Of a DNA stretch of 64,000 nt, positions 24,877 to 38,069 are shown piece by piece. Both the position numbers and the translations under genes were made by a program. This DNA comes from Mobula hypostoma (Eukaryota). Within the stretch, counting starts at the first letter, position 1; every line of letters begins with the position of its first letter. Below the pieces are notes generated by a model that did no database searches, was not told where the DNA came from, and saw only the letters and a list, made by a program, of their open reading frames with translations. The stretch is taken from assembly GCF_963921235.1 (NCBI RefSeq), contig NC_086108.1:46812001-46876000 (forward strand), read 5' to 3'.

Positions 24877-26358
24877 CTGCATTAAGATGTGGAAAGATTA
24901 AAATAAAAGAAAGTAACCAACAAAAAAGTAGCAATAAACAGGCTCTAAAAGTCCTTGTCCAAAGAAATAACATATATTTTTCTTTAATGAGTGATAAAGT
25001 AAGAGAGGAGGGAGTAATAACTGTATGCAAAGGCAAATACAGCAGACGGGAAGAGAATCCTGGACACAAAAAAAAAGTACTTAGTAAATGAGCTGAGAAA
25101 ACATCAGGGAGAGAAAATTAAAAATTCCAGAAGGAATTAGGAGATTAGAGGTAATCTCAAAAAGGAGAATTCCAGGAGTGAGGCAAACAGCGGAATATGG
25201 ATAACAAAGTGGCAACATTTTTAGGCCTGATACAACTGTTCTCTTCAATATCTGAGTATTGGACTACAATCAAATCTCACCATGAGAGTTACAAGGTCTG
25301 CGTTAACTTCGGAAAAATAAATATATCTAAGCTCAATGTGGATTTTATTGTTACATGCACAAGTGCCAAGAAAAGCACTCTTGCAGCAGTACTCCAGCAA
25401 ATAACTTCCTCAAGAAAAATATAAATCTCGCAGATTATTACAAAGACCGAAAGGTCAATGTATTTCAAAGAAGCAAACTTGTTGGCTTTATTTGATTTGG
25501 CCTAAACCTGACAGTCTCAATACCAATGTGATTACCTCATGTAAAGAGTTCTTACTATCTTCCCCACTACGTCTAAGCAGGAACATGGATTTGCCACACT
25601 ATGACTCTGACATCATCCCACCTCAGGTGAAGCCCTGTGTCTAGGTCTTTCTACACTGCTGATGCTTCAGTTACGACACCAACATATACACAATAATGTA
25701 GAAAGCTGCTGCAGTTTACCCTAGCCACAAAAAAAAAGATAAATACAACTTAGCTAAATTAATATCCCATCAACCCTCTGTGTGTAACAAGAGCATAGTG
25801 CTAGCCAATTATCATCAGAAATGCTGTACAGAGGCTATTCAAAAAGGTCAAAGGCTGTGTGTGTTGCAGTCTGCAGAGCACTGTAGATTTATAACCATCA
25901 TTCTGATATTATCCCCTGAATTTGAAATATTAAAACATTCTACCTATCGGCATATTAGGAGTAACTTCACCATACATGGCAACTCATTGGTTCACACTTT
26001 TGGATTCAGATGATTGAACAGACAAAGGAGAATGCTAATTTCTTTAAGCATTTGTCAGACAAATAGTGGGCGACATCTAAGCTGCTCTGTGAAACAAGCT
26101 GAATAACGTGCATGTCCTACTTTTCCCTCTATCATCTGCTTTCTTCACTCACTATATTGTGTGTAGCTGCTGTACTCCTACCTGTCAAATAAAAATGTGT
26201 TGGTTCAGTTTTTGCACAATAAAGCTCCATGCAAGTTGTATGGGAAAAAGAACTCCATAAGGTCAATCGAAACTGTATACAAAGCAGCTGGGTTTTCCCA
26301 TTCTATGGTAACATATTCCATTTAAACATCTCCACCTCAAATAAATGACTAAATGTAC

Positions 26359-26459
26359 CTTCCTGCTCGAGCCAGTGAGGTGGGCTGATTGATCAAGTAT
26401 TTGAATTTTGATCTCCGACTTGAATGATGCCATACGCGATCAGTCAGTCGGACACTTGA
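26359..26459 (-). CDS. AXDND1: AXDND1 coding exon: SSVRLTDRVWHHSSRRSKFKYLINQPTSLARAG(R)
   Basis: Acceptor tttccacag|TCA, donor GAAG|gtacat. Matches recalled human [31 protein letters not shown]. Confidence 0.92.
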
Positions 26460-26874
26460 CTGTGGAAACAGAAAATCTGGATAGTTGCATGGAAGTTGAT
26501 CATTGTTACCATAATGAAATAATGTGCCAAAATAAAATCATAATGTGGATTTCATTCCTTGCTGTTCTTTAAATTAAACACGTATAGTTGTACTTTTGGG
26601 GGAAAACATATCTATTCATGGGCAAAAATAATGCTTTGAATGTAGTGTAATTGTCCCTCAGTCAAGCTGTACAGTGAAAAATGTTCTTTAAACTTAGTGC
26701 AAAATAAAACACTTATTGATTTTTTTAGAACACTCAAGCACTAAGGGAATAGGTTCCTGAACGGCTGTGAAGAAACAAGACTCAAAGGTGATCGATAGAG
26801 ATGTATAAAATCATAAGGGGCATAGATGGGTGAATACTTTCATTCTTTTTCCCTAGGGTTATAGAATCATAGAG

Positions 26875-28975
26875 TCATAGAACACTACAGCACAGAAGCA
26901 GGCCCTCCAGCCCATCAAGTCCATGCTGAACTATTTATCTGCCTAGACCCATCGATCTGTACCCAGACCATAGCCCTCCATACGCTTCCCATCCACGTAC
27001 CTATCCAACTTTCTCTTAAAGGCTGAAACTGAACCCCCATCCACCATTTCCACTGGCAGCTCATTCCACACTCTGAGTGAAGAGATTCCCTCTCATATTC
27101 CCCTTAAACATTTCAACTTTCACCCTTAACCCATGACCTCTAGTTCTAGTCTCACCCAACCTCACTGGAAAAAGCCTGATTGCATTTACCCAATTTATAC
27201 ACTTCATAATTTTGTATAACTCTATCAAATCTCCCCTCATTCTTCTATGTTCTAGGCAATAAAGTCCTAACCTATTCAACCTTTCCCTTTAACTCAGGTC
27301 CTCAAATCCTAGCAATATCCTTGTAACACACATCAAAGTTGCTGGTGAACGCAGCAGGCCAGGCAGCATCTCTAGGAATATCCTTGTAAACTTTCTCTTT
27401 CAATCTTTATTTACATCTTTCCTGTACGTAGATGATCAAAATTGCACACAATACTCCACACCAACAGTCAAAGGCTTCCAATCAGAGAAGCAACCATCTA
27501 CTAGATTGGCTAGACGTGATCTACCTCACACAAAGCTATGTTGACTATCCCAAATCAGTCCCTGACTATCCAAATGCTGGGGATTCCATTTAATTGGGAC
27601 AAATTGGAACCAGTACATTTTGGCCCAAAAAGCCAAAGTTTCATGAAAAAAAGTTAAAAGGTATAAAGAAAGACAAACTACTATTTTACTGAGCAACAAT
27701 TTATGTATTTAAATGATAAAGAACAAACTAGAACATTACTAATGTAACATTACTACAGTAGTATAATATGTATTAGTTCTTAATAGTTATTGATAGAGGA
27801 ATTCATCCCGTGTACGCTGCCATGTTCTTTTGATTGACTGTAAATAAACAAAATCAATGCAGGCATTTAGTGCAGATAATTGACCATACAATGCTTTTGA
27901 TAATTGCATCCTCAAATCTTCAGTTCATTGTAACATTCAAGATGATTGTCGATACCTTCAAATTCTTCATAGTTCCGAATTTGTTGAAGTAATGATATCA
28001 TTTCGTTTTCACTTCCAGCCATTTCTGGCATCTCCAAGACTGAATGCTTGAAACCGCAGTGAGAAAAACAGTTCTGAATTGTTTTATTGCTTATTTCTCA
28101 CCAATTATCACTGATTTTTGAAAATAAATATACCCAACTGACACTATTTAGAAACCGTGTGCTCTAAGCACATTATAGTGTTTAACGGCCACACAAGTGC
28201 ACGCAATTGATGCTAGTTAGAAACTGTTAGGGAATAGCCTCTTGTCCCAATTAAGCAGCATTGTGTCCCAAATAAGCAGCTGCCCCTGATTAACCAATGG
28301 CCCAATTGACCAAAATCCACCGTACTTATATATCCAGTTGCGTAGAATGCCTTCCAATAACATACCCATTTCTGATGTCAGGCTCACTGGCCTATAAATT
28401 CCTGGTTTATTTTTAGAACCTTTCTTAAATAACGGAAACAACATTAGCTATCCTCCAATCTTCTGGCATCTCACCCATGACTGCAATTTCTGAACTGGCC
28501 TGCCACAAGGTCCAAGGGAACACCTTCTCAGGCCCTGGGGATTTATCCACCCTAATGTTCCTCAAGACGTCAAACAATTCCTCCTCTGTAATCAGAATAC
28601 AGACCATGACTCACTGCTGTTTTGCCTCACTTCTATAGACTCTGTGTCCATCTCCTGAGTAAATATGGATGCAAAAAATCCATATTAAAATCTTCCCCAT
28701 CTCTTTTGTCTCTATGCATGAGTAACCAATCTGATCTTCCAGAAGACTAATTTTGTCCCTTTCTATCCAATTGTTCTTAATATATCTGTAGAAAACCTTG
28801 TAATTCTCTTTCATTTCGTCTGCTAGGGCAACCACATCCATTCTTTAAGCCCTCCTCATTTCTTTCTTAAGTGTTCTCTTTCATTTCTTACACTCCTCAA
28901 GTATCTCATTTGCTCTTTCCTGGCTATACCTGCCCTGCACTTCTTTTTCTCAGCCTCAATATCTCTCAAAAACAG
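26875..28975 (-). mobile_element. CR1 LINE fragment interrupted by a MITE and a tiny Penelope insert
   Basis: DKSPGP, PLFKKGSKNKPGIYRPVSLTS and RRMRGDLIE motifs. Confidence 0.85.
27576..28322. mobile_element. Non-autonomous Tc1/pogo (Tigger-like) DNA transposon; a related terminal fragment lies at about 62726-62890
   Basis: Degenerate TIRs (ctggggattccatttaattggg and cccaattgaccaaaatccaccg) inserted at a TA in CR1 sequence (atccaaa|tacttata). Confidence 0.6.
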
Positions 28976-29019
28976 GATTCCCTAACCCTGTATTCCTTGC
29001 TTTTTATTCTGAGAAGGCA

Positions 29020-30610
29020 AAGAATGATTAGAGATAGGATGACTTTGCGCAGGGGAAATCGTACCTCACAAATTCAACCAAGTATTTTGAAGTGGCAATG
29101 AAAAGCATTCACAAGGGCAAGGCCTTTGACAAGGTCACATGTAGTCGGCTAGTCTGGAAAGTTGCAACACGTGAGACTCATGATGAGACTCATCATGGTG
29201 TCCTTGTCTAGGAAACAGAAAGTGGTAGTGAAGTAGACACAAGACCTGAAGATGCTGGAATTCTAGAGAGCACACAAACTTTTGTGTGTTGTAGTAGTGA
29301 ATGGTTGTTTTTCATATTGGAGACCTGTGACCAATAGTATGCTGCCGGGATCAGTGCTAGGCCCCCTGTTGTTTGTCATACTGATTAATTATATGGATAA
29401 AAATGCAGATGGTATGATTACTAGGTTTACAGGTGACCCCAAAGCTGGAGGTATAGAGGACTGTGAAGGTTACCTAAGGTTGCAAAGGGATTTTGATCAA
29501 TTGGAAAATGATTAAAGAAATGGCAGACGAAATTTAACTCAGACAAATGTGAAGTGATACCTTTTGGTAGTTGAATCGGGGCAGGTCACACAAACAATGA
29601 ATGGAAGAGCCCTGAGGGATGCTGTTGAACTTCCAGACCTCAGGGTACATGTACTGTATATTGTCCCCTGAAAGTGTCAACACAGTTAGACAGGATGGTG
29701 AAGAAGGCATGGGGCATAATTGTCTTCAACATCCATGGCATTGAGTATAAGAGTTGGGATGTCACATTACCATCGTACAAAACATTGGTCATTGGAGAGC
29801 TGAATGTGATTGCTACACTACAGGAAGAATGGGATAGTACCAGAGAGGATGCAAAAAAGATTCATATATTGCCTGGACTGGAGAGCTTCAGTTATAAAGA
29901 GAGATTTGATGAAGGATCTAGTGCTTTCCCAGTATATATGACAAATTAACTCTTCTTGGGCTTCCAGACAGATACAGGTATCGATTATAATCGACATTTC
30001 AATGGCAAACTCCGCCATCTTCGTCCTTGATGGAGATGGCAGAGTTTGTCATCGAAACATTGGTTATAATTGATATCTATACCTGGCGAGAAGCCCCACA
30101 GGAGTTTATTCATAGAGATTTGATAGGTTGGGACAGTTTTCCCTGGAGTAAAGGAGATTGTGAGATGGCTTTATCTAGATAAATACAGCAGCTGGTCACA
30201 GTCTTTTGCCTATGGTAGGGAAGTCTAAAACTAGAGAGATCCAATGAACTGGGACCTGATGAAGGGTCTTGGGCTGAAATGTCAACTGTTTATTCCTTTC
30301 CAAAGATGCTGCCTGACCTGCTGAATTCCTCCAGCATTTTGTATCTGTTACTCTGGATATCCAGCATCTGCAGAATCTCTTATGTTTAAGATTTAAAGGA
30401 GATCTGTGAGGTAGGTTTTTCCACACAGAGAGCAGGAGGAGCTTCCAGAGTAAGTTGTTGAGGCAGGTGCAGTTACAACATTTTGAAAAATTAGATAGCA
30501 CAGGTGTAGAGAGATATGAGCCAATGGGATTAGTTTAGCTAAGCATCTTAGTCAGAACAGATGAGTTGGGCTGAAAGGCTTGCTTCCATGCTTTGATGTT
30601 ATGAATCTCA
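29020..30610 (+). mobile_element. CR1 LINE RT/3' fragment with internal inserts
   Basis: WRPVTNSMLPGSVLGPLLFVILIN...LQRDFDQL. Confidence 0.8.
29911..30113. mobile_element. 203-bp palindromic insertion, probably derived from a Penelope pLTR, with an 11-bp TSD
   Basis: Arms of about 80 bp (29947-30025 and 30029-30108). TSD agagatttgat at 29900-29910 and 30114-30124. Confidence 0.75.
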
Positions 30611-31864
30611 GACCCAACAGATCTAAAATCTTAGATCAGCAGGACTTTAATCCGTCAGCCAAAATGCCCATTGCTAATTGCTACTTAGGCAGATAAGCAC
30701 ATCATCAATGAGTGACCTTGGTTCGCTCTGCAATGATGCATACCTGTCAAGTATTTCCCTAATTTGTGTGTAAATCAAAACAACTACATGTGATGAAAAT
30801 CTGAAATAAAAACATAAAATTCTGGAAAAACCCAGACAACGCCTAGAGAAAGGGGAACAGATAATGTGCAAGTCCAGAACTGAGAGAGAATCAAGTTAGT
30901 CTTGGATTAAACAAATAAAAAACCTGAATGGCAGGCAGGAATTTACCAGCATGTTATCCAAAGTTGGGGAATTGAACATTGAGTCTTGCATACTGTAATT
31001 TGCCCGGATGTTAGATGAAGTATTGATTTGCCAGCTTACATTGGGCCTCATTGAAACAGCGCACATGACCACGGACAGAAAAGTCAGAGTATGAGTGTGA
31101 CGGTGAATTAAAGGAGCAAGCAATCAGAAGCTTAGTGTCACACTTTTAAACTGAGTGCAAATGATACATAAATTTAAGTTTCTTCACTGTAGAGAAGGCA
31201 ACATTCTGAACAAAAGTATCGTACCCTAGACTAGATGAAGAACAAGTGACTCACTGCTTCTCTTGGAAAAATTGTTTTGGTCCCTGGATTGTGGGAAGAG
31301 AAGTGAAAGGACAGGTATTGCACAACATACAGTTATATGAATACATAATTCATACTGATACTTCAGTGTTATACTGTCAATAGGTCCAATAGGTACATTT
31401 ACTGTCAGAGTAATGTATACAATATACATTCTGAAATACCCTTACAGTACTCATCTATTTAAGAGGCTGTCTTTCAGATAAGGCATTGAAGCAATTCGCT
31501 GTCTCTCTCAAGATCCAGTTACTTATTTTGAAGAGATGACATGTTTTTCCTACACCAATGTTTATTCAAACCAACATCATCCAAAACAGAATATTTTATC
31601 ATTATTGCACTGCTGTTTGTTACATTCTGCTTTGTGCAAACTGGCTGCTGTTTCTTTAACCACAAGTGTCATTGCATTCGCAAAATCCTGCCTTAGTTGT
31701 ATAACATCTTGAGACAGCCCAACATTTGAAGGGTGCTGCAAGTCCATAGCTTTGTTCAATATGAAGCTTGCTTTGCTTCCTCTTTTAACTGGATAGGGAC
31801 AGCATAAATTACTTACAAATTGGTTGTAAACACTTGGGGATCTGAAGTGATTTTAGGTCCCTAC

Positions 31865-32016
31865 CTTAAGATCTTTCGGGGACTCATCTCGACAGGATGA
31901 ATTTGGCACAGTGGTCAACGACAACAGAATTTCTTCTGGGATGAAGTCATTCTGAAAAGGTGGCAGTAGTTTATTTTGGTCAATAGTTTCTGGCATTCCC
32001 TTTGTTTGCGGTAATT
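31865..32016 (-). CDS. AXDND1: AXDND1 coding exon: (E)LPQTKGMPETIDQNKLLPPFQNDFIPEEILLSLTTVPNSSCRDESPKDLK
   Basis: Acceptor cctttgcag|AA, donor TAAG|gtaggg. Resembles human AXDND1 as recalled (LPTSLQNEFIPKEVLLSL). Confidence 0.88.
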
Positions 32017-33009
32017 CTGCAAAGGTACAGGTAAAGAAAATACCATCATGAGTATAATGGCTTATTACTAAATTAATCAGAACTTAAATATTGATAATTA
32101 CCTATGATGGAATATGAAATAGCAAAGTCGGGGATTGTGTGATTGCTTCCAAGGAGATTGCAAATATTAATTTCAAACTTGAAGGTAAAGGCCCTAGTTC
32201 ATCTCAGAGACCTAAACCTGCAGTGACAATACTGCATATACTCACAATGATTGTGAAGGGTGAGACAGAATTAATGTTTCATGTTATTTACCTTCCATCA
32301 GATCTGGGAAGGGTTAAAAATGAAATGAGTGCTAATATGTGGAAAAGGGAGAAGATGCAGAGTGCATAAAATGGAAAGCGTTTGAACTCCAGCACAGACT
32401 GAGTGATACACGGTGAACTGAAATAGATAAAGGTATAGCTGGAGGAAATGTGATGTAAAGAGGGGGAAAGAGAGCAAAATAGGGCCTCATTAACTATGGT
32501 GGAGGAAATTGCGATTAAGGAATAAGAAACGTGCGTCAAAGGCAGGATTGTGGAAAGTGGCATCATAAGAACATACAATATATGACAGAGCGAAGAATTG
32601 AGAGAAGGGAATGGAGTTTACAGTTTGTTACAAGAAGGAGGTGCAAGCAAAGTAGTGGGAGATATTGTGGCTGCAAAATATACTGCAGCAACAGGCCAAG
32701 GTGTCTTTGAAAGTAATTCCAAAACTTGCACTTAAGTTTCACTTTGGAATAGTGAGAACAAGATCTATGAGAGTGGGAAACATCAAAAACCGCAAGTTTC
32801 ATTGCATGTGAGTTTCTCTATGGGCAATAAGAATGAGATTTAAGGAGAGAGGACATTGTAGGAGCAGCCATGGTGTGAGTAGATCAGTGGAGGAGTCTAA
32901 GATCTGAGGCTTTAGCTCAAGAAGCTTCAGCCAGGATGCACAGGTGAGTACCAGATAAGAACAAGTAAGGTTATTTTATCTCGCAGTTAACTAAAAAGAT
33001 ACCAAATTA

Positions 33010-33580
33010 CAAATTAATGCTGAAACTTTATAAGGCATTTGTCAGACTGCACTTGGAGTATCGTGATTAGCTTTGGGCTCCATTTCTAAGAAAGGATGTG
33101 CTGGTGTTAGAGAGGGTCCAGAGGATGTTCACAAGAATGATCCCAGGGCTGAAAGAGTTCACACATCAGGAGTATTTGATGGCTCTGGGTCTGTACTTAC
33201 TCACTGAAGCTGACTGAAATTGAAAGGCCTAAGCAGAGTGGACGTGGAGAGGATGTCTCCAATAGTGAGAGAGTCTAGGACCAGAGGACACAGAATACGA
33301 GGACGTCTCTTTAGAACAGAAGTGGAAGAACTTCTTTAGCCAGAGAGTGCTAAATCTGTGGAATTCATTGCCAAAAAATGGCTGTGGGGGCCGAGTCATT
33401 GGAAATATTTAAAGCAGAGATTGATAAGTTCTTGATTAGTAAGGGTATCAAAGGTTATGGGGAGAAGGCAAGAGAACAGGGTTGAGAGGTAAAATAAATC
33501 AGCCAGGATTCAATAGTGGAGCACACTTTGTAGGCCAAATGTCCTAATTCTGCTCCTTTGTCATATGTTCTTCTGGTCTA
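33010..33580 (+). mobile_element. CR1 LINE 3' fragment
   Basis: LKLYKAFVRLHLEY..W..RVQRMFTRMIPG. Confidence 0.75.
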
Positions 33581-33769
33581 TGAACTTTGCTATTTGGGAA
33601 GCACAACGCAAAAATGTAACCAGCAAATTGGCCAAGCACACACTATCCCAATATGGAAACAGTATTGAGTAGTTCCTGATAAGCACAGCAGCTGTTCAAG
33701 AAAGCACATCAGAAATTCTCCAGGGATAGGAAATAAGCATTAACTTATTAACCCTATGAGCGCGTGCAG

Positions 33770-34760
33770 ATATGGGGTGCTGTTGTGTTTAGCACAACAC
33801 TTTACAGTACAGATGACCTTGGTTCAATTCACGCCACTGACTGTAAGGAATTTGTACGTTCTCCCCGTGACAGCATGGGATTCCTCCGGGTGCTCTGATT
33901 TCCTCCCACAGTCCAAAGACATACAGACTGCTAGGTTAATTGGTCATTGCAAATTGTCCTGTGATTAGGCTATGATTAAATCGGGGAATTGCTGGGCAGC
34001 ATTGCGTGTAGGGATGGAACAGCCTGCTCCATGCTGTATCTCTAAATTTAAAAATACAGTAAAAGTAAAAGCAAAATTTTTGAAAATTGTAAAATGACTG
34101 AACTCAATATAAAATTCAACATCAGTGTTTATTTTATTTAAAGTTACAGTGAGGAGTGGGCCCTTCCAGCCCCTCGAGCCACCACACCGCAACCCCCAAC
34201 AACCCCGATTTAACCCGAATCCAATCATGGGACAATTTACTATGACCAATTAACATACCCAGTATGTCATTGGACTGCAGGGAAGCACCGGGAAAATCTC
34301 GTGCATTACACTGAGCGGACATACAGATTTCTCCTTGCAAAGGATGCCAGATTGAGCTCCAAACTCTGTTACCCCGAGCAGTAATAGCATCACACTAACT
34401 GCTACGTTACCATGGTGTCTATATTACTTAGGGAAATAAACAACATTTTATTAAGTAGGTATACCATATTATAAATATATTCTCCACTTACTTACTCAAA
34501 CCCTCATCAGTTGAGATTTAACTTTATGCTTATTTACTTATTAAGGTTTAGTTCAGAGAGGCCTTTCCTGTCTTTTAAGCCACACCACCCAGCAACCCCC
34601 AGTTTAACTTTAGCCTAATCATGGAGCAATTTAAAATGACCGTTTAACCTATCAACTGATACATCTTGCACTGTGGGAGGAAACTGGAGCACCCAGAGGA
34701 AACCCAAGTGGTCATGAGGAGAATGTACCAGCTCCCTACCAACAAGGGCGGGAATTAAGA
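33770..34760. mobile_element. Cluster of three V-SINE-like elements (+ 33770-34050, - 34130-34420, - 34540-34760); further copies at about 37940-38070 (-) and 49667-49960 (+)
   Basis: Shared core tcctccgggtgctc.g.tttcctcccacagtccaaagac, typical of the V-SINE domain. Confidence 0.65.
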
Positions 34761-34967
34761 CAGCCTGAGAACCAATTTTTATGCAACAATTTCATCTTCC
34801 AATAACAGTGATTCTACCTCAATGATCTACATTTGAGATTTTTGACCCCATGGTGAACTATGATAAAACTAGAGAATCTCATGTTGAAGATATGTATCCT
34901 TTTCACCAGGCTTCTGCAAACAGTTGAATTAAGCGCAGGGATGTGATAAGGCCAAGGCACAACCTGC

Positions 34968-34986
34968 TGCCCACGAGGTGGCGCTA
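34968..34986 (+). promoter_or_regulatory. CTCF-binding motif candidate
   Basis: TGCCCACGAGGTGGCGCTA closely matches the CTCF core consensus and keeps two CpGs in a CpG-poor intron. Confidence 0.55.
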
Positions 34987-35741
34987 ACAAATCATAAACA
35001 CGAGATTCTGCAGCTGCAGGAGATCCAGAGCAATACACACAAAATGCTGGATGGAGAGGTCCTGATGAAGAGTCTTGACCCGAAATTTCAACTATATATT
35101 CCTCTCCATAGATGCTGTCTGACCTACTGAGTTCCTTCAGCATCTTGTGTGCGTTGCATGAGGTTGCACTGCAGTCTCTGAAACCAGCTTTGGAACGATA
35201 CAATAGCAAATTCCCTCAGTACCAAATCCAGACCCAAGGACCAGTGCTGCTCAGTCGCTGACTCTTCATGGGTCTGTATACACTTAGATAAAGAAAATAA
35301 AATTTTTTTAAAAAAACTGATTTCTGAGCTGTGAGGAACTTTAAAAAATCCCAAACGAAAAACTCACTGCAGGTTTATGCTCCCCATTCACCAAAAATTC
35401 CACTTATATTTAAAGTTAGGTTTGCGTGGGGCTTTCAGCCGAAGTCATCAGGAGGATAAACCAGTGAGATAAACAAGGTCTTTAATTTGCCATTATAGTG
35501 TATCAAAGTAGATGGAGTTGGATCTTTCTTTTGGAATAGTAAAAGAACAGAGAAACATAACAGAGCTGGCACATTAAACTGGCAAAGATAAGCTCCTACC
35601 CCTTCAATTTAAAATTAAAAATATTTCGCTACACAAGTGAAGTATAGGCTTATTCCAAGCAGGGAAGAGTAATGCTCCAAATCTTCAGTGAGATTCTGAA
35701 TGATGAAGCTCTGACACCTTCCAAAAGCATTAATCACATTG

Positions 35742-36390
35742 ATCATCATCATGATCATCATCATCAGGTGCCATGACCAGATTGAGCTTTGACTGCCATG
35801 GTCCACACACTCCTGTTTCGGGTTAAGTGGATCAATTCATTGGTATTCATTTCAAGTTCTCTGGCTGCAGTCTCCATCATCATTTGTCTTGGTCTTCCTC
35901 TTGCTTTCTTCCCTTCAATCTTTCCCATAATTACCATGCATTCAAACTCCTCTTTCCTAATCACATGTCCAATGAAGTTACGTTGCCTTTTCATGATCTC
36001 ATACATTATTTCTCTTTTTGTGCTTACTCTGTTCATGACATCCTCGTTAGATATTCATTTCATCCATGATATTCTTTGCATCCTCCTCAAAATCCACATC
36101 TCTGCTGCTTCAATTCGTTTCCTCATGTTACTAGATATTGTTTAACATTCTGATCCATATAACGTAACTGGATAAACGTAACATTTCAGTACTCTGAGGC
36201 GGGTTGTCGTGCCTCGTTTAGTGTTGGTCATTATACTCTTCATTCTCGTAAAGGTGTCTTTTGCCATCCCTATTCTTCTTTTGATGTCCATGTCGCACCT
36301 GCCATCTGATGTCACCCAGCTTCCTAAGTAGCAAAAGTTCTGTACTTGTTTTATATCTTCCCCATTTATTTTCAGCCTGCAGATATCACC
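35742..36390 (-). mobile_element. RTE-clade LINE 3' end
   Basis: FCYLGSWVTSDGRCDMDIKRRIGMAK..GKIEGKKARGRPR with a (cat)n tail. Confidence 0.85.
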
Positions 36391-36599
36391 ATAAATCACA
36401 TTGATACCAAGTTTAAAAGAAAGCACAACAGAAGTTTTTACAGAGAAGTAAGCTGAAGTAGCATTTGGACATAAACTACTACATATATGCAAATATTTTT
36501 ATTTTGATCTTATTTAGAGATACAGCACAGAACAGGCCCTGTGGGACCACTGAGCTACACTGCCCAGCAACCACCAATTTAATCCCGAGCCTAATCAAA

Positions 36600-37350
36600 G
36601 GTTCAAAGATTCAAAGGTCCAAGTTAATGTTGGAGAAATGTATACAATATACATCCTGAAATGCTTTATCTTCACAAACATACACAAAAACAGAAAAGTG
36701 CCACAAATAATGAACGACAGTTAAATATAAGAACCCCAAAGACCCCCCCAGCTCCTCCCTCCTGTGCTTAAGCAGCAGCAAGCAACAATCCACCTCCCCC
36801 ATCGGCAAAGAGAAAACACCGGCACCGCCACCGAGCACTCAAGCGTCAGCAAAGCAATAGCAAAGACACAGACTTCCAGTTACCCCCAAAGACTTCACGT
36901 TTCACCCGGCATTCAACATTCCACAGGTTCTCTCTCTCCCTAATAAGGGAGAAGGGGGTGTCTCCATTTTCCCAACAAGTGGGGAGACATAACAAGCAAC
37001 TCACTGGTTTAAGATGTTAAAAGTCCGTTACGTCGTTTTTTTCGAGCTCTGTGCCTGAAGATCACAAAGATCTCGGGGCTTCGGGCACACAGCAGTAGAT
37101 TTTCCAACTCCCCCGACGACACACAGGCCATCTACCATGACACCGACCCTCGATCCGCCTGTCTCCAGAGCCCCGAGATCTTAGGCTTCCAAATCAAGAC
37201 GGACCGTCAGGCCAAACCCTTGGTGTGCTGAACAACGGCCAGTCCTGAAACCCCAAGAACGGGTCCCATTTCCACAAAGAACCAAAGTCAATGAGTAACT
37301 CCAGGTCAGGGTCTTCAAAAGAACCCTGAAAGGAAAAAAATAAAGGAAAG
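36600..37350 (-). mobile_element. Unclassified non-autonomous retroelement with a (tttgaa)-type tail
   Basis: Minus-strand tail tttgaatctttgaa and a GC-richer body. It splits a V-SINE. Confidence 0.45.
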
Positions 37351-37354
37351 TCCT

Positions 37355-37940
37355 CAAGATAATTATAACTGGGGGTTGGTAATGGGGGGTTAAGCTCTCA
37401 CTACCTATTAAATGCTCCTAATGGCGTGTGTCTCAAATAGCCTCTGACAACCAAGTCCAGCTCCTGGCCTTCATGTGTGGCTTAGCTAACCCCGTGGAGC
37501 CATTTCTACTGACAAGAGAAAGGACAAAGGTGGGTTACTGGCACCTTAAAACCAGTTGTTTCGGGCGCATGGGGCCATGGTTGGTAGCTCATTTAGGAGA
37601 AGAAAAACTCTGATCTCAAACTTCCATTACCTTGTGGCTATACTCACTCACGGGGAAGGCTTTGGGAGTAAACCCAGAGGGGAAAATCCAAAGCTGGAGT
37701 CCCTAAGGCCATCCTACATTGAGTTCAATGCTGACTGGCAAAATCTGTGATCATGTGGTGCCAAACTGTATCGGTCTCAGCTTTCCTTTGGGTTCATCAG
37801 CCGCATGGAGAGAGGGAGCCTGCTACATGGGTAACAGCTTGCTCTCCATATCACACTACCCTGGCTTGCATTCTGTCTTACGTATCACATAGAGAGCTGG
37901 GATGCAACATTTATGGTCAAGCCCAACGAACAGAGCCTCA
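37355..37940 (+). mobile_element. Interspersed repeat, probably RTE-related; a second copy lies on the minus strand at about 60540-61010
   Basis: The two regions align as reverse complements (ggttactggcaccttaaaa..agctcat.taggagaa..ttgagttcaatgctga). Confidence 0.6.
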
Positions 37941-38069
37941 CAATCACAGGACAATTTAAAATGACCAATTATCCTACTAACCAATAAGTCTTTGGACTGT
38001 GGGAGGGAACCAGGGGACACGGAGGAAATACATGTGCACACGGGAAGATGTACAAACTATTTTACAGAT

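Noticed and set aside
34818..34913. 96-nt AG...GT-bounded candidate AXDND1 exon
   Set aside because: In the required phase 1 it reads GAA GCC TGG TGA (stop). It is open only in an incompatible phase.
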